From Amphiscolops sp. MND2022 (Eukaryota): 64,000 bases of DNA. Of this stretch, positions 51,150 through 63,452 are shown one piece after another. How positions within the stretch are numbered: position 1 is the stretch's first letter; each line of letters begins with the position of its first letter. The stretch is taken from positions 81,406,001-81,470,000 of the forward strand of contig OZ076409.1 of the NCBI GenBank assembly GCA_964187785.1. The letters are read 5' to 3'. A model generated the notes under the pieces. That model worked only from the letters and a program-made list of their open reading frames with translations, made no database searches and was not told where the DNA came from. A program made the position numbers and the translations under genes.

Positions 51150-51710
51150 TTGATAACCAGTGAAGGCGATTGTTGTCACCTTGAACAAATAACGGCGAGA
51201 AAAAAATCTATCGAGTATCAAATGGTATTAGATGAACTGGAGCATTATTTAATTGAGCCCAAGCAAGCTGAGTTTTTGTCTGATGCTTTTTTTTCACTAA
51301 AAGACATCAATGGCTCATCTATGGATGTATTACCACCATTCGCTTTCAAGGTTTTTCTTTTTGAATTTAAAATTGCCATGAAAAATGAAATCCATAATAA
51401 AAGATATCAAGAATATTTCGTACAAGCTGTTGTTTCTCGTGTTATTTATGGAGAACTCTCAGTGAATGTTGACACGGTGCAACAGAAGTCATTGACATAC
51501 TTGCTTGAACTCCAAGTTGAAACTGACAAACGCCATTATACCGGCTTCAAAAAGCCCTCCTTCAATTTTGTGAAGCAGTTAAAGTCATTGCAGATGTTAC
51601 CATTCATTTTCAATGTTTTCACCATTTTAGCAGCTCTTCTTATGTATCGCATTATGTTAATGTTATACATAAACATGCTATACATAAAAACCAAAGAAAT
51701 ACTCTCCTGA
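51150..51710 (+). other. Unassigned 186-codon ORF in TRPM intron 5
   Basis: Longest unexplained ORF outside known elements. No motif recognised with confidence; the start codon is TTG. Confidence 0.2.
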
Positions 51711-52640
51711 CAGATTTCCAAAAGAATTTTAGATGTCTCCATTATTTTTCATTTCACCAAACATTTTTCGTAGTGAAATTGCCCCGTTAATGCATTGGAG
51801 ATTTACTGTGGTACCTTAGGTAGAAAGCCACCAAAAGTATTGAAGATGAATTTTCAAGTGTGAGGCTGCCGAAAAGATTTTGTGGCCATAGTAGATGCGC
51901 TGATTCTAAAAGTTTTGGAACATTCATGAGGTGTCTCACGTTTTCAAGCTGACCGAAAATTTGTTTTCCTTAAGCCAGGACAACTCAAGGATTCCAAGGA
52001 CTGCCACGGATTTCCCCAGTTTTCGAAAAAAGCGCAAGTCCTTACACGCCCTGGTGCATTCCTTAGCAGTCCTTGAGAATATTCGATGAAACAATCGAAG
52101 TTGAATAGAAGGTGCGGCCAAATTGGATTTGAGTAGCAAAAGCTAGTTGTTGTAGCTCCCATCATTTTCAAGTGTATTTTGTATCTATTTTGTCCGACGA
52201 GCACTGGCAGTGTCAACTGTTTCTCAGTTGGTCAGCTAAGACTATCGAAACGGATAATTTTAGGCCCTGATTTGAGAGTTATCCAACATGATTTTTGAGC
52301 TCATCCAATTATTGTTTCATTGAGAATGGGACTTTTCCATGCACCTGCTCGCTGGCAGCTATGTCAGTGTCAACTTCATTTCAGTTGGCTGGTTAGAAAA
52401 ACGGATATTTTTGAGGTCGTTATAAATATATACACATTTATATATACTGTTTTGATTTGGCTCTCATCCCAACACAATTTCTCTTGTCACAAATTTGCTA
52501 AATCACACTTCTCCTAGCTGAATTTTATATCTCAGAAAATTCTCTTCAACTCGACAAAGGTCCCCGGGTTGGTGAGTGAAAAAAAACTTAGTCTTTTTTG
52601 TGGAGATTTGTGATTCTCCCTTTTCTATTTAAATTCAATC

Positions 52641-52801
52641 TTAGAAAAATTCCGCTGATTCTATTTTGCGGTTATTTCATTTCTTCCTTAGAAAAATTCC
52701 CCTGATTCTATTTTGCGGTTATTTCATTTCTATCTTGGAAAACTTCCGCTGATTCTATTTTGCCGTTATTTCATTTCTATCCTAGAATAATTCCGCTGAT
52801 T
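52641..52801. repeat. Tandem repeat, 47-bp unit x3.4
   Basis: Unit starts at 52641, 52688, 52735 and 52782 (TTAGAAAAATTCCGCTGATTCTATTTTGCGGTTATTTCATTTC...). Confidence 0.95.
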
Positions 52802-54592
52802 TGACTCAACGGTTTTGTAAATTCTATCTTGGAATTAGAAGTAAATAACGGGTTAGCGTTACACAAGTATTACCTGAATCAATTTACCTTTTTTATCTTG
52901 TATAATTGTTTCCTATCAAAGAGTCCTAATGGTGTACCTACACCCATTGGACAGAGACTTTAGAAAACTAAAACTCGTCAGTTTAAACTAGCACTGACTA
53001 TAAACTATATTTATTCGGAGCTAAACTAAAACGTTTTCAAAATGGAAATGTAAAGCTGCCAATTCTGTCTGTAAAGTTTGTAAATTCTTTCCGATGAGAC
53101 TGATAAAGCTATTTTGCTGATAAAATAAAATAGATTGTAAAATCTCAACTGTATATAGCAAAGAATGGAATAGGTAATGCTGTGCCTAGAAAAATTTTAG
53201 ACGTAACTTCAGCTTCCCTTTAACAATTCAACGTATTTGCTCCCCTTGATTTTTTCCCGTAAACAGACCGCTCATTTACGTATACAGCCTTGCACTTACT
53301 CACGCAATTTCCTTTGTTCGTACGTACATGCAAGACACTTCCTTTTAGTATAACACGGAGTAAGCTTTTGAGACGTTCTTACTCACTTCTAATCAATAAT
53401 AGAATAGTCGCCTGAATTTACTTAACAAATTGCTAAAGCAGCTGAATTGACTAATATCGATAGAGATTGAACAGTCCCTTGGAAAAGAGAAAGCAGTCAA
53501 TAGTAAATTAAAATTTACCCATGCGTGCGACATATGTATTATCGTCAATAAATTATTTGACAAGAGACTATTTTTACAATTTCTGTGAGCTAACATACTA
53601 AAAAAATTGTTTTCCTGCATTCAAAAATAATTATTTCAACGTAATGTATCATTTTTCAGTCCTTATAAGCCCTGAACTGGTTTTGGATTGCCCCGTTGCT
53701 CCGTAAGGACTGATGCAGGACTTGTATGACTAAAAGTGGCACTAGTAAGGACTGTTCCAGAATTTGACTAGTTCTTACCAGTCCTTGGGAATCAAGGGCA
53801 GTTCTGGAATTCAAATTTTTGTCCGTACAGGTACGACAGTGATCCAATATGAAGCTATGACTAAACTCTCTGTTCCAAATATCAAAAATTTATCGTGCAA
53901 ACAAATAAAACAGTTTTTTTTCGGAAACTTCGCATTTGGTAGCGATGATATTTCAGTAGGCGTTTCCTAAAAGAGTAAATCTAGAAAGTGTGACTTTATA
54001 AACAACCCCACAAAATGTCAAAAATCATTAATTTTTTCATTGTCGGCGTTTCCAGTAGAAACGCATATTTTGCCGAAAGAACAAGGGGGACTTATTGACT
54101 TCGTGGTAGGTCTCTAGGTCTGAGTCTAAGAGATGTTAAGCTGTTTTTTTTTATTTTAGGTGTATCGTCGAAAAAGTTCAAAAGTCTTCACAAAACATAT
54201 TGTACGGATCTTCTTTAGTGGTAGTTGAATTCTGCTGAAAAACTGTTAATTTTGTGACCAGAACATTAGGACATGGTCAGATTTAGCAGTAAAAAGGCGT
54301 GTTATTAAAGCGAAGAAAGAAAAAGTAATTAATGTTTTCCCAACGTATTAAAGAAGGGAAAACGCAGTAATTATGTTTCCCACATACCAGATATGGAGAC
54401 AGAAAATGACAATTCCAAATCCATCCGAAATAATGTTTTTTGAGCCGAGGACTGGAAAGGATGTTATTAAGGGCATTCCCAATCATATTTTTCAAAAAAT
54501 CTATATACTTTATACTTTAGAGGAGAATTTGAGGATACTTTTCAAAATAGGTTTAAACTGAAAGACCACGTAATTGAAATCGTTTCTACATA

Positions 54593-55046
54593 TTTTTAGT
54601 CGGCGCCTTTTCTCTTAAGGAAAAAAGCCCGACTATTACAATGGGTAGTTTTTTTTCTTTTTCAGCTGACAATCTCACTCTGAATGATCCACTTTTTTAC
54701 AATCTTTTGTTCGTTTGTTCAACTAATTTTCTGAGAAGCAGGAGATCGCGGGCTCGATTCTCGCACTAAACCACAAATTTTTTATGCTTCCAAAAGTAGA
54801 GGCGAGACCAAAAGGTCCCCCCTTTGGTTTTTTTTCGGCACTATGTGACTTTGTTTTCGAAAATTATCGAATTCTATCAAAGGGTCCCTTGCATTTTTTT
54901 GAAGTTTTCGGTTTCTAAAAATGTTTAATGAGCCTAAATGGCCTCTTTTTAAATTTTTTGGCATTGTGCGACTCTTAGAAAAATGTTCCTTGAATATTTT
55001 TGAGCCTTAGATATGGTGCCGACTTGGGCCGATCCCGGCTTTTTTT
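54593..55046 (-). mobile_element. Family-A repeat, near full length (DINE-1/Helentron-like)
   Basis: One end is TTTTTAGTCGGCGCC...AGCCCGACT (stem-loop); the other is CCTTAGATATGGTGCCGACTTGGGCCGATCCCGGCTTTT. Confidence 0.8.
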
Positions 55047-55409
55047 ACCCATACTTTGGCACCACAATGTCCAAAACTCTCATGGAAACATTCCTGCTGT
55101 GATGATTCCGTGCTGCATTTGACTGTGAGCAAGCTGCTTGAAAAAATCGAATTCCGCTGCTTTTTTAGCTGATTTTACATTAAGATAGAACTTTTTTCCA
55201 CAAATGCCAGCTACCGTAAAAAAGGTTCCTTCGTCATGCATTTGTGGAGTTATCTGAAGTTTTTGGAAAGAAAAAGTTCCTAATGAAATTAACCGAAATG
55301 CCCCAAAAAGAGCATAAAATGCAAAATACTTGTTTTGTTTAATGTTGGATGTTTCCCACCGCATGAATATCAAAGAGTTTCTAAGCGACCTAAAGTAATC
55401 GATTACCAG

Positions 55410-55470
55410 AATTTTCGTCGTCAGAAATTTCGTTGTCAGAGTCTTCGTCGTCAGAAATTTCGTCATCAGG
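55410..55470. repeat. Tandem repeat, 15-bp unit x4 (AAATTTCGTCGTCAG)
   Basis: Four consecutive TTCGT(C/T)(G/A)TCAG units. Confidence 0.8.
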
Positions 55471-56093
55471 AGTTAAGTTTTATTCTTCTGTCGCATTTTA
55501 ACTTATCTAATAGGAATCGTCTTTAATTATCGAGTTCACTTATTCTTAATAATTATCGTTAATTATGCAATAATTGCTATGATTGACTACTTTCAATTAT
55601 GGTTTTGAGAGAAACGGTTTCGCGTAAAAAATGTTAATTTTTGATTTTCTGGTGGAAGTATTCACAGAGTTCAACAACAATGCAATTAGTCACTCAGCAG
55701 TTTTAAAAACAGAGTGTTTTAGGGTAAAAGATAAAATGAATACTTTCTAGGTTTTTAGCGAGTTTGATTGTTTATTGGCAACGCTCGAACCCTTGAAATA
55801 TGTCGTGGCCAAAATACTTTTAGACGCCTTGGTTGGAACTGCTTGAACGTTTTGCATGTTTTTGTAGGTTACAAAGCTAATTTTTCATGATTTTCTAAAA
55901 TTCCCAAAGAAATATCCATGCATTAAAACTTCACTGATTCGACTTACTTTTATCAAGCTGCCTATAAAATGCATCTTGAATTTGGCGGCAATTCTATGCC
56001 GCGACGTTTTGCAGGTTTCATTGAGACGCTGTTCTAAGTTTGAAAGCAGCTGAGATCTTCACCATTTTTACGGCAATGTAAATGCAAATAAAC

Positions 56094-56372
56094 TTCAGTC
56101 ACATTATAAGTTTCAAAGTAGCGTCATATTCAGCGTGCTATTTGGCTAACGATGGTTACATAAGATACTTACATGAGAAACTTACGCGTGAAAACAAAGT
56201 GATCGCGGCGGTGATGATGTGGAATTGTTTTCAGTTTTAATTCAAATAGTGGAGGCTGCTTTGTAATCCTACAAAATGTTTCCATGCATGGTCCCGGAAT
56301 TTTTCATGTTTTATAAAAAATTGGCCTGCATGTTTCCATGCAGCATGTAAAATTTCAAACAATCTCGGCTAG
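56094..56372 (+). repeat. Dispersed ~285-bp repeat, copy 2 (copy 1 at 39072-39356)
   Basis: Direct match to 39072-39356. Confidence 0.9.
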
Positions 56373-56459
56373 GGCGGAGCTTGGAAGGCGTTTTGCCTAG
56401 ATATATGTTGTGATGATTTAGCAACGTTAACTCATTTGAAATTTCGATATATTTGTTCG

Positions 56460-56910
56460 AGCAAGTCGGGAACGGCATAAATCGGCTCTATACCTAAGGC
56501 TCAAAAATAGCACAAGGTTGTCAAAGTGTCAAGTATTCTCTTCTACAGTACCCGAAAAACCCAAAGGTTGGACCGAACTCGCACGCGAAAATATAGGTCC
56601 CTTTCGGATTTTTTAATATCCTTTCTGTTGCTAAAAACTTGATAGGGAAACTTTGAGAGACATTAAAAATTTTTCAAAAAAGTCTCACAATGCCGAAAAA
56701 GTTGAATGGGGACGCTTTGGTCTCGCCCGGTATTTTATGATACGCTGAAAAAGGGAACAACTTTTATAGTTCAGTTCCCTGAGCCGAATGGTACAATTTG
56801 GCACCTTAAAATTTTGTAGAACTCTATAAAACTATTTGGTCAGTTCGTGTGGATTGAAAAAAGAGTCACTGCTATAGTCGCGTTTCACTTCATGAAGCGC
56901 CGACTAAAAA
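56460..56910 (+). mobile_element. Family-A repeat, near full length (DINE-1/Helentron-like)
   Basis: 5' end AGCAAGTCGGGAACGGCATAAATCGGCTCTATACCTAAGGCTCAAAAA; 3' stem-loop TAGTCGCGTTTCA-CTTCA-TGAAGCGCCGACTA plus an A run. Confidence 0.8.
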
Positions 56911-57989
56911 TAGTTCAAAGGACATAATTTTTTCGCTATTTCGATATCACTTAACAGTCAATTGTGAAACGTTAGAGCTATATAACTCTTTTGTCTATGT
57001 ATGTTTTCTAACCCTTGGCGACAACTTTGAGTAAACATTATTAGAAAAACTAGCTAAAAGTCGGAAATGAAGGGTAATTTCAACAAACTTCTGGATCGAT
57101 TTTGTTTGAACAAACTTCTGACGGCTTGAGGCAGAGTTCACTTTGTAATACTTTCGACGGCATTTCTGTCTCGTAGTTCCCACATTTGCATTCATGGTCC
57201 AACGCTTTGTTGCCAAATGCGGTGAAAGACCGCAGTGATATCAGCACTTAAATGTAGATATCAGTTTCATGGAATACTTGGTGGTATAGAGTAAATACAC
57301 TTCATAAAAATGCTTAACTTTCTACGACTGTAATCAGTTCGTTGAAATTTCACTTAAAATACTAAATGTTCAAAGAATAAATTCGCACACAGTCCAAAAA
57401 CAGTCACCGCTCTCTCATTGAATACTTTTTTTTTTGTAAAATTACAGTAATGCGCCAAAATTAGAGGTTTCGCGCATCTAATGGGTTATGAATAGTTTTT
57501 CTCATTTCAAAAAGGTTTTTTTATGTAGTACGAATTTTTCCACTTATACTGGAAATGTATAATGCTTCGTCGATCGTCCATCTGAAATTGAAAACAAGTT
57601 TTGTTTCACTTTGCTCTTCCAGAAATTTCAAATAATCTGTAAACCTCAAAGAAACTGGAAAATTAGAAAAACCTGGCAAAATTTCAATTATACGCATGAA
57701 AATGCTACGGAATCGAGCTTCCATTGCTGAGGAAACCATCTGCTTGTAAGAAGTAAACATACCTGAAATATGCAGAAATTTGACTCTGAAAATACGTTTT
57801 TGTATCAAAAAATTTGGTGTTTTTTCCTTGGAAAATCAACAGAATCCGGTTTTTCACAAAGGTAAATAATATGGATAACTATGTATAACTAACTTCATTT
57901 CCGAATAAAATAATTTGGGCATCCTCGGAATCCGAACACAAAGTTTGAATAGACTGAATGAAAAACTTAAATGGCCAGAGTTTTGTTGA

Positions 57990-58158
57990 AATTTTGAACA
58001 TGGTCAAGTCGAACGAATTTTTGTGATCGAAAATTTCGATTCCCATCGATGGGTCATTGATGGCCCATTGATGACCCATCGATGGGATCATTGTTAGAAA
58101 AACCTCATCGATGCCCATCGATGGCCATCGACTAACTGCGATGGGATCTCAGTACGGG
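57990..58158. mobile_element. Solo MITE end with CCCATCGATG(G) subterminal repeats
   Basis: About seven (C)CATCGATG units ending in ...GATCTCAGTACGGG. Confidence 0.5.
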
Positions 58159-58243
58159 TGGCATTGTTGGTTTCGTGATTTGTTAAAAAAGGAATAGGTC
58201 GATTTTTAAGTTACCTAAAATCTAAAGTGCTATCAGGGGTGTC

Positions 58244-58443
58244 TGTAGTAGAGCCTAGATAAATCCTGAACTTAATTGCTGAGAAACAGAAGTGTGAAAA
58301 TAATTAAATTACGTAAAGCTAACAACCTGCCAAACTTAGCCATTGTGGCAAATTAGCAACAACTGCCATAACGTCGTACATCATACTAATTTACAGTTGC
58401 TACCGAATTCTCCTCTTCCGCCATTAGTCCGTAGACGTCAACA
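58244..58443 (+). repeat. 5' LTR of Gypsy element
   Basis: 200-bp direct repeat of 63453-63653. Confidence 0.97.
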
Positions 58444-61400
58444 TGGCGCTGCGATCTACTGATGATGAATCTTCCAATTCTCCTCTACCGGGTCTGAATT
58501 ACCTTTGGCAAGAGGCCGAGAAAGAATCATCTTACGACTGGGAACAGTGGCAGCAATTATTCGAAGTCGCAGTACTGGTTCGCCACTCGATATCTGTAAC
58601 CGAAATCACCAGGAATGTGGATGAACAAAGCCCTCGTGTTCCAGCACTGATGGGAAACCTGGAAGCAAATGCGGCTGCAAGAAAGATTGTAAGCCTACTT
58701 TACATTTCTCTGGGCAGAAAAATGATTATGGATAAATTCCTCAAGTTAACATTCCGCTTATTCAATTACCGCAATTCCTACAACATTGCAATGAGTGCTT
58801 CCAAACGCGAAGAAATAGATCAATGAATAGACATACCGTTCGTTCACGAAAGCAGAAGCCGAATGAAATCCTCCACCAGTTCTGGAATGCTTCAACCGGA
58901 TTGGCTGCTAGATGTAATTTTGGCAATCAGACCGAAGGTTTAGTCCACGATATTTTCGTACTCAACATGTCCAATAAGGTAGTACAAAAAAAGCTTTGTA
59001 CAGAGCCAAAAAAGACCTCAGCAGAAGCTCTCCAATTCGCAATTGCTTTCGAAGACGGAAGCGACAGAAAACTTATGAATACATGGGACAAGAGCACAAG
59101 ATAAAAGAAGAGCCAATTTGCGCTGTTAATGGAAGCAGTTTCAATACGAGAAAGTGTTGGAGATGCTGCGCGGAAACTTTACAATGGAACATCTGAAATT
59201 CTGTAAAGGACAAAACGCGATGTGCAACTACTGCGGCATATAGGTAAATTTGGAGAAAGTTTGTAATCAAAAGAAGAAACATAAAATTCAACAAAATGGC
59301 CAATTCAAAGCAAGCGGCAGTAGTGAGCAAACAAACCGCTGTGTGCAATTAGTCGATCAGGATGAAAAAGACGACGAGAACAGAATGGTTCTAAACGTTG
59401 AAGGAGATGAAAACATCAAACCATACTACATGGAAAGATTCATCAACGGAAACAAGTTCAAAACAATGATCGATTCAGGATCACCTGTCACAATCTTTGC
59501 GTTATATGAAATGAAGCAGATCATGAAGAGAGAAACTAATGCCGTGCGTGAGATAATAGAAGGAGAGAGGTACGTAGATTTTAATGGGAATCCATTAAAT
59601 CTACTGGGATATGTGTTCTGCGAATTACAAGAGGGCAATCAGTACGTTACGAAGGCGCGAATTCTAATTGCCAAGAAGGGAACAAAGTCCATTATCAGGT
59701 CGAGAGTGGCTCTCAACGTTGAGATACAGATTTACTCCAGTAAATGAAGATGAATTAGAGGTAAATTCTGTGGAAAACGACGAGGAACTAAGTGCGGAAG
59801 CAAAGCAACTAAGCAAGGAAAATCCTGATTTGTTCAAAAGAAACGAAACGGAAGAATAATAAAACCATCAAGTGAAAATTAATCTTAAACCCGATGCAAA
59901 AATTTCTCAGCAAAAAGGAAGGCGAATTCCAATACAATTACAAATAGGTAGACAATTACAATTTTGGTAGACGCGGACAAAAAACGCTTGCTGAAAGATG
60001 GCCATATCGAGAAAATGAACGACAATAAGGAAGACGTCTTTATACAGTCAACGGTAATAACGGTAAAGACCGTTCAGTGAAAATTGCATTAGACGCTAGA
60101 GCGCTAAATCAGGCGATTGATAAAGACAAGTACCAAATGCCAAATCTGGATAATTTACTAGATATGGTAGCAGAAAAACTACATAGTGAGAATGGAGAGG
60201 CATGGTACTCGGCCGTAGATATGACCTAAGCATTTGGTCAAGTGCCTTTACAATCAATAACGGCGAAACACAGCAAATTTCAAATTGTTGGAGGCGAATC
60301 CACCGGAACATATGGATTGGTAACAGGTTTTTACAGTCTGTTGGTTATGCCGACAGAATTTCAAAAAGTAATGGAATTACTTTTAGCTAAATTAAGAGAA
60401 GTGTTTGTTTTTATTGACGTCATTTTAATCGTAACCAAGGGAACTAAAAGCGAACACTTAGATAAAGTGCAGGAAATACTAAAAGTGATGAATGAAGCGA
60501 AATTACAATTGAAGGCCGGAATTTGCAAACTTGCTAACCAAGAAATAGAGTGGTTAGACTTCAAACTAACGAGTTCAGGCATTTCGCCAGTTAATACAAA
60601 AGTGCATGGAATTTCCGACAAACTCAGACCAACTAATTTGAAAGAACTATGGTCAATCTTTTCTAGGCTCTGTAAGCCAATTTAACAGGTTTGTTCCAGA
60701 TCTAGCTACAATCTCCTTCCCCTTCAGATCACTTTTTAAAAGAGATGCAGACTTGAACTAGAATGAAGAGCATAAAATGGCTTTCAAAAGGTGAATGAAT
60801 GAGTAAAAAAAGTTGCGGAATTCACACATTTTAAAAGAAAAAACCACTGCGAGTAATCTGCGATGCTAGTAGACAACGGCTAGGAGCGGTTTTTCAGCAA
60901 AAAAGAAGAAATGGGCTGGAAGCCAATATCGTATGCATCAAAGTTTTTGACGGAACTCGAAGCAGAATACTCAATAAACGAACTAGAGTTACTTGCTGTG
61001 GTTTGCGCAATTGAACATTTCAAAAATTATGTGTACGGTGAAATGTTCAGAGTAGTGTCCGACCACAAAGCCTTACAGAGTGTACTAAAAGCAATTAAAG
61101 GAAACAAAACATTTTCAAGTAGGATAACTAGGTGGGTATATAGACCACTCCCCTTTGATTTTTCAGTGGTACATGCACCGGGTAGAACTCTAGGCTTAGC
61201 CGATTACATTCACGTCATCCTTCTGATTATATTGGTTCAACAGTAAAAGCGGAAGAAATGTTCAATAGTTGGTTTACTATAAATGTAGTAGATGAAATCG
61301 TGCTGTCACTGAGTAGAAAATTGGCCAATGAAAAGGGATCAATCTGAATTGAGAATGAAGGCAAAGGAAAGCTAAGCGTGGAAGAGAGTGTGTTGACAGT

Positions 61401-63021
61401 TCATACGCCTATGCGGTCGAGTGGTATTTACAAACAAGCCAGGAAAATATAAAATCAGCCAAAATTACATGCAGGCAAATTACGAAAATGATCGAAATAT
61501 CCGAAAAATTTTTCGACTAGTGAATGATAAAAATTCTGCCGTAATCTCACGCTTACCTCCTCCAATTTTGATTCACAAAATTCCGATAGATGGACCAACG
61601 GCTTTTAATTCCCAAAGATATGCGTGAAAACGTATTACGGGCCATACATTTTGGGCACGCCGGCAGAGATGCCATGTTACGAGAGGCGACCGACGTGTGG
61701 TGGCAGAGGATACACCGCGAAATTGTCGAGAAAGCAAGAAAATTTGTCGAATGCCAGAAAGCAGGTAAGAACCTTAATTGTGTAAATTGTGAAAAAGAGT
61801 TTGGAAAAATACCTGAAGCAAAAGACCGAAAAGATGAAATTTCGCCAGGCTTTGCCGGACCATTTCAAAACGCATACAAACAAAAGAAATATTTACTAGT
61901 TTCAATAGATAATAATTCAGGATGTCCAGCTGCAATGTTCTTACCGAGTCCATCGGCAGATAAAGTCGTAGAATTTTTATTAGATTACATCGCAATGAAC
62001 GGAATTCCAAAAAGGATTCGAACAGACCCGGGGACAGTATTTACGGGAGCAAAAAATCAGCAATTTTGTAAGGAAAGATTCATTCAGCACACAATGTGTC
62101 CCATCCGTGACCATCGGGGCAATGGAAAGGTAGAAAGAATGATTAGAACACTGAACGAAAGACTTAGAACGAATAGAAAAAGATTGGTTCAGAAAGAAAG
62201 ATACATCGGGACTGTCTAACATACTATTTGCATTATGAACAGAAAAAGGGGTGGACAACACATCGGCGTACGAAAGACAAATGTGTAGAAAACCTAACAC
62301 ATTTAAGTCGGCTATGATCAGAAAATGTATTTTAGAAAAAGACCCCCAACTTCAGATCGAGCTGGAAGACTTCAGTGAGGAGGCTGACTCAACAATTCTC
62401 GTTCGAGAAAGAGTCAAAGGCACGAAGTTGGAAGGAAACTTCAAAAAGGTCAAGGGCCAAATAGTCAGCCAGAGTGAGAACACAATACCGTTGCTACCAA
62501 AATTAGGCAAGCAAGATATTTACTCAAAGCGCGATGTGGCTGAAATGCGACAAGATGCCAGCTCAAGCAAAAGAAAAGTATGCAAAAAGAAGCCAAAAAC
62601 ACAAGAAAAGCCACCCAAGCCGATACAACAATTTTGGCGGGAATCGATTAGCAGCGCAGAAATGAGACAACCCCCAAAAGTGCCAGAAACAGAACAACAA
62701 ATAGAACAAGAAACCATGCTATACAAAACAGAAAAAGAAGAAAGCCAAAATCAAATGAAGAAGTCAAAAAAAGAAATAGACAAAGAAACAGTGAAGGAAG
62801 AAAAAGAAGAAATAGCCGCCGAAGGAGAAAGAAAGGAAGGAGAGCAAATGCCAATAAAAGAAGGTGTAAATTGGGAAAAAGAGAAAAAGTCAAAACCAAC
62901 CCGAAGGTCAACAAGAAATCACAAAAAAACCAAACTGGCTGGGTCACAATGTGATGGTGATTATGGTAAGAATCATAGAGCAAGTATCAAGCGCCGACGA
63001 AAGCTGGCCAAGCGTGTTTGA
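58443..63021 (+). pseudogene. Gypsy gag-pol, multiply frameshifted
   Basis: Gag zinc-knuckle remnants (CWRC, CNYCG); protease MIDSGSPVTI; RT KIALDARALN..KYQMPNL and VFVFIDVIL (YxDD degraded); RNase H CDAS, KPISYASKFL..YSINELELLAV, SDHKAL; integrase HFGHAG..WW, RIRTDPGTVF, GNGKVERMIR. Confidence 0.95.
58444..58454 (+). promoter_or_regulatory. Primer binding site, probably tRNA-Ser type
   Basis: TGGCGCTGCGA directly after the LTR end. Complementary to a tRNA 3' end ...TCGCAGCG-CCA; the tRNA-Ser assignment is inferred. Confidence 0.75.
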
Positions 63022-63452
63022 AATTACGGCTCCAAAAAAAACTGAAATGGAGAAAAAGATAAACAGCACAAAAACGTTGTTTTGTTCTTTTGTTAAAATG
63101 TTTGAGTTAATGTTATACCCCAAAAATAGATCCAATGCGAAATATGGAAATCCCAAGTACTAACCACTCCTAGTGCTAAACAACCCCGCCAATAAGAAAC
63201 TTTTAGTACTCTCCCTTATACAGTGTTAATTGTGTTGTAGAAACACTATCGATTTTAGTTGTTATTATTGGTATTTATTGAAGTTAATTGGTTAGTAACA
63301 ATGTAAATTACTAGTATGACCCTATTGGCTAATGTAGTAACCAATCATCACGTAAAGTAACCAAGCACATTAACAAACCCTCCTGCGAAGGTACATTGAT
63401 AAAATTGAAGTCGTACTACTCCCCCTTAACCTCAATTACTTAAATAGGGAAG

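Noticed and set aside
20165-52801. Regular arrays (186-bp, 47-bp, 15-bp units) as CRISPR-like loci
   Set aside because: They are head-to-tail tandem repeats with no unique spacers and no cas genes, in eukaryotic context.
51977-53805. Possible 1.8-kb element bounded by diverged AAGGACTG-rich TIRs
   Set aside because: The ends are too degenerate to pair confidently and no TSD was found; they may be two unrelated solo MITE ends.
56995-57230. Cys-rich minus-strand fragment (HECKCGN..MP) resembling P2X7-tail-like transposon accessory domains
   Set aside because: Only one short motif, the expected CC pair is missing, and there are many stops.
57521-57808. ORF with VSSAMEARF, reminiscent of the hAT dimerisation motif
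   Set aside because: A single weak motif with no flanking WW/FPxL context or TIRs.
50495-58240. Search for the TRPM S3-S6/TRP-box exon
   Set aside because: No frame with WNxLD, pore-loop or TRP-box (WKFQR-like) motifs was seen; the gene is taken to continue beyond the window.
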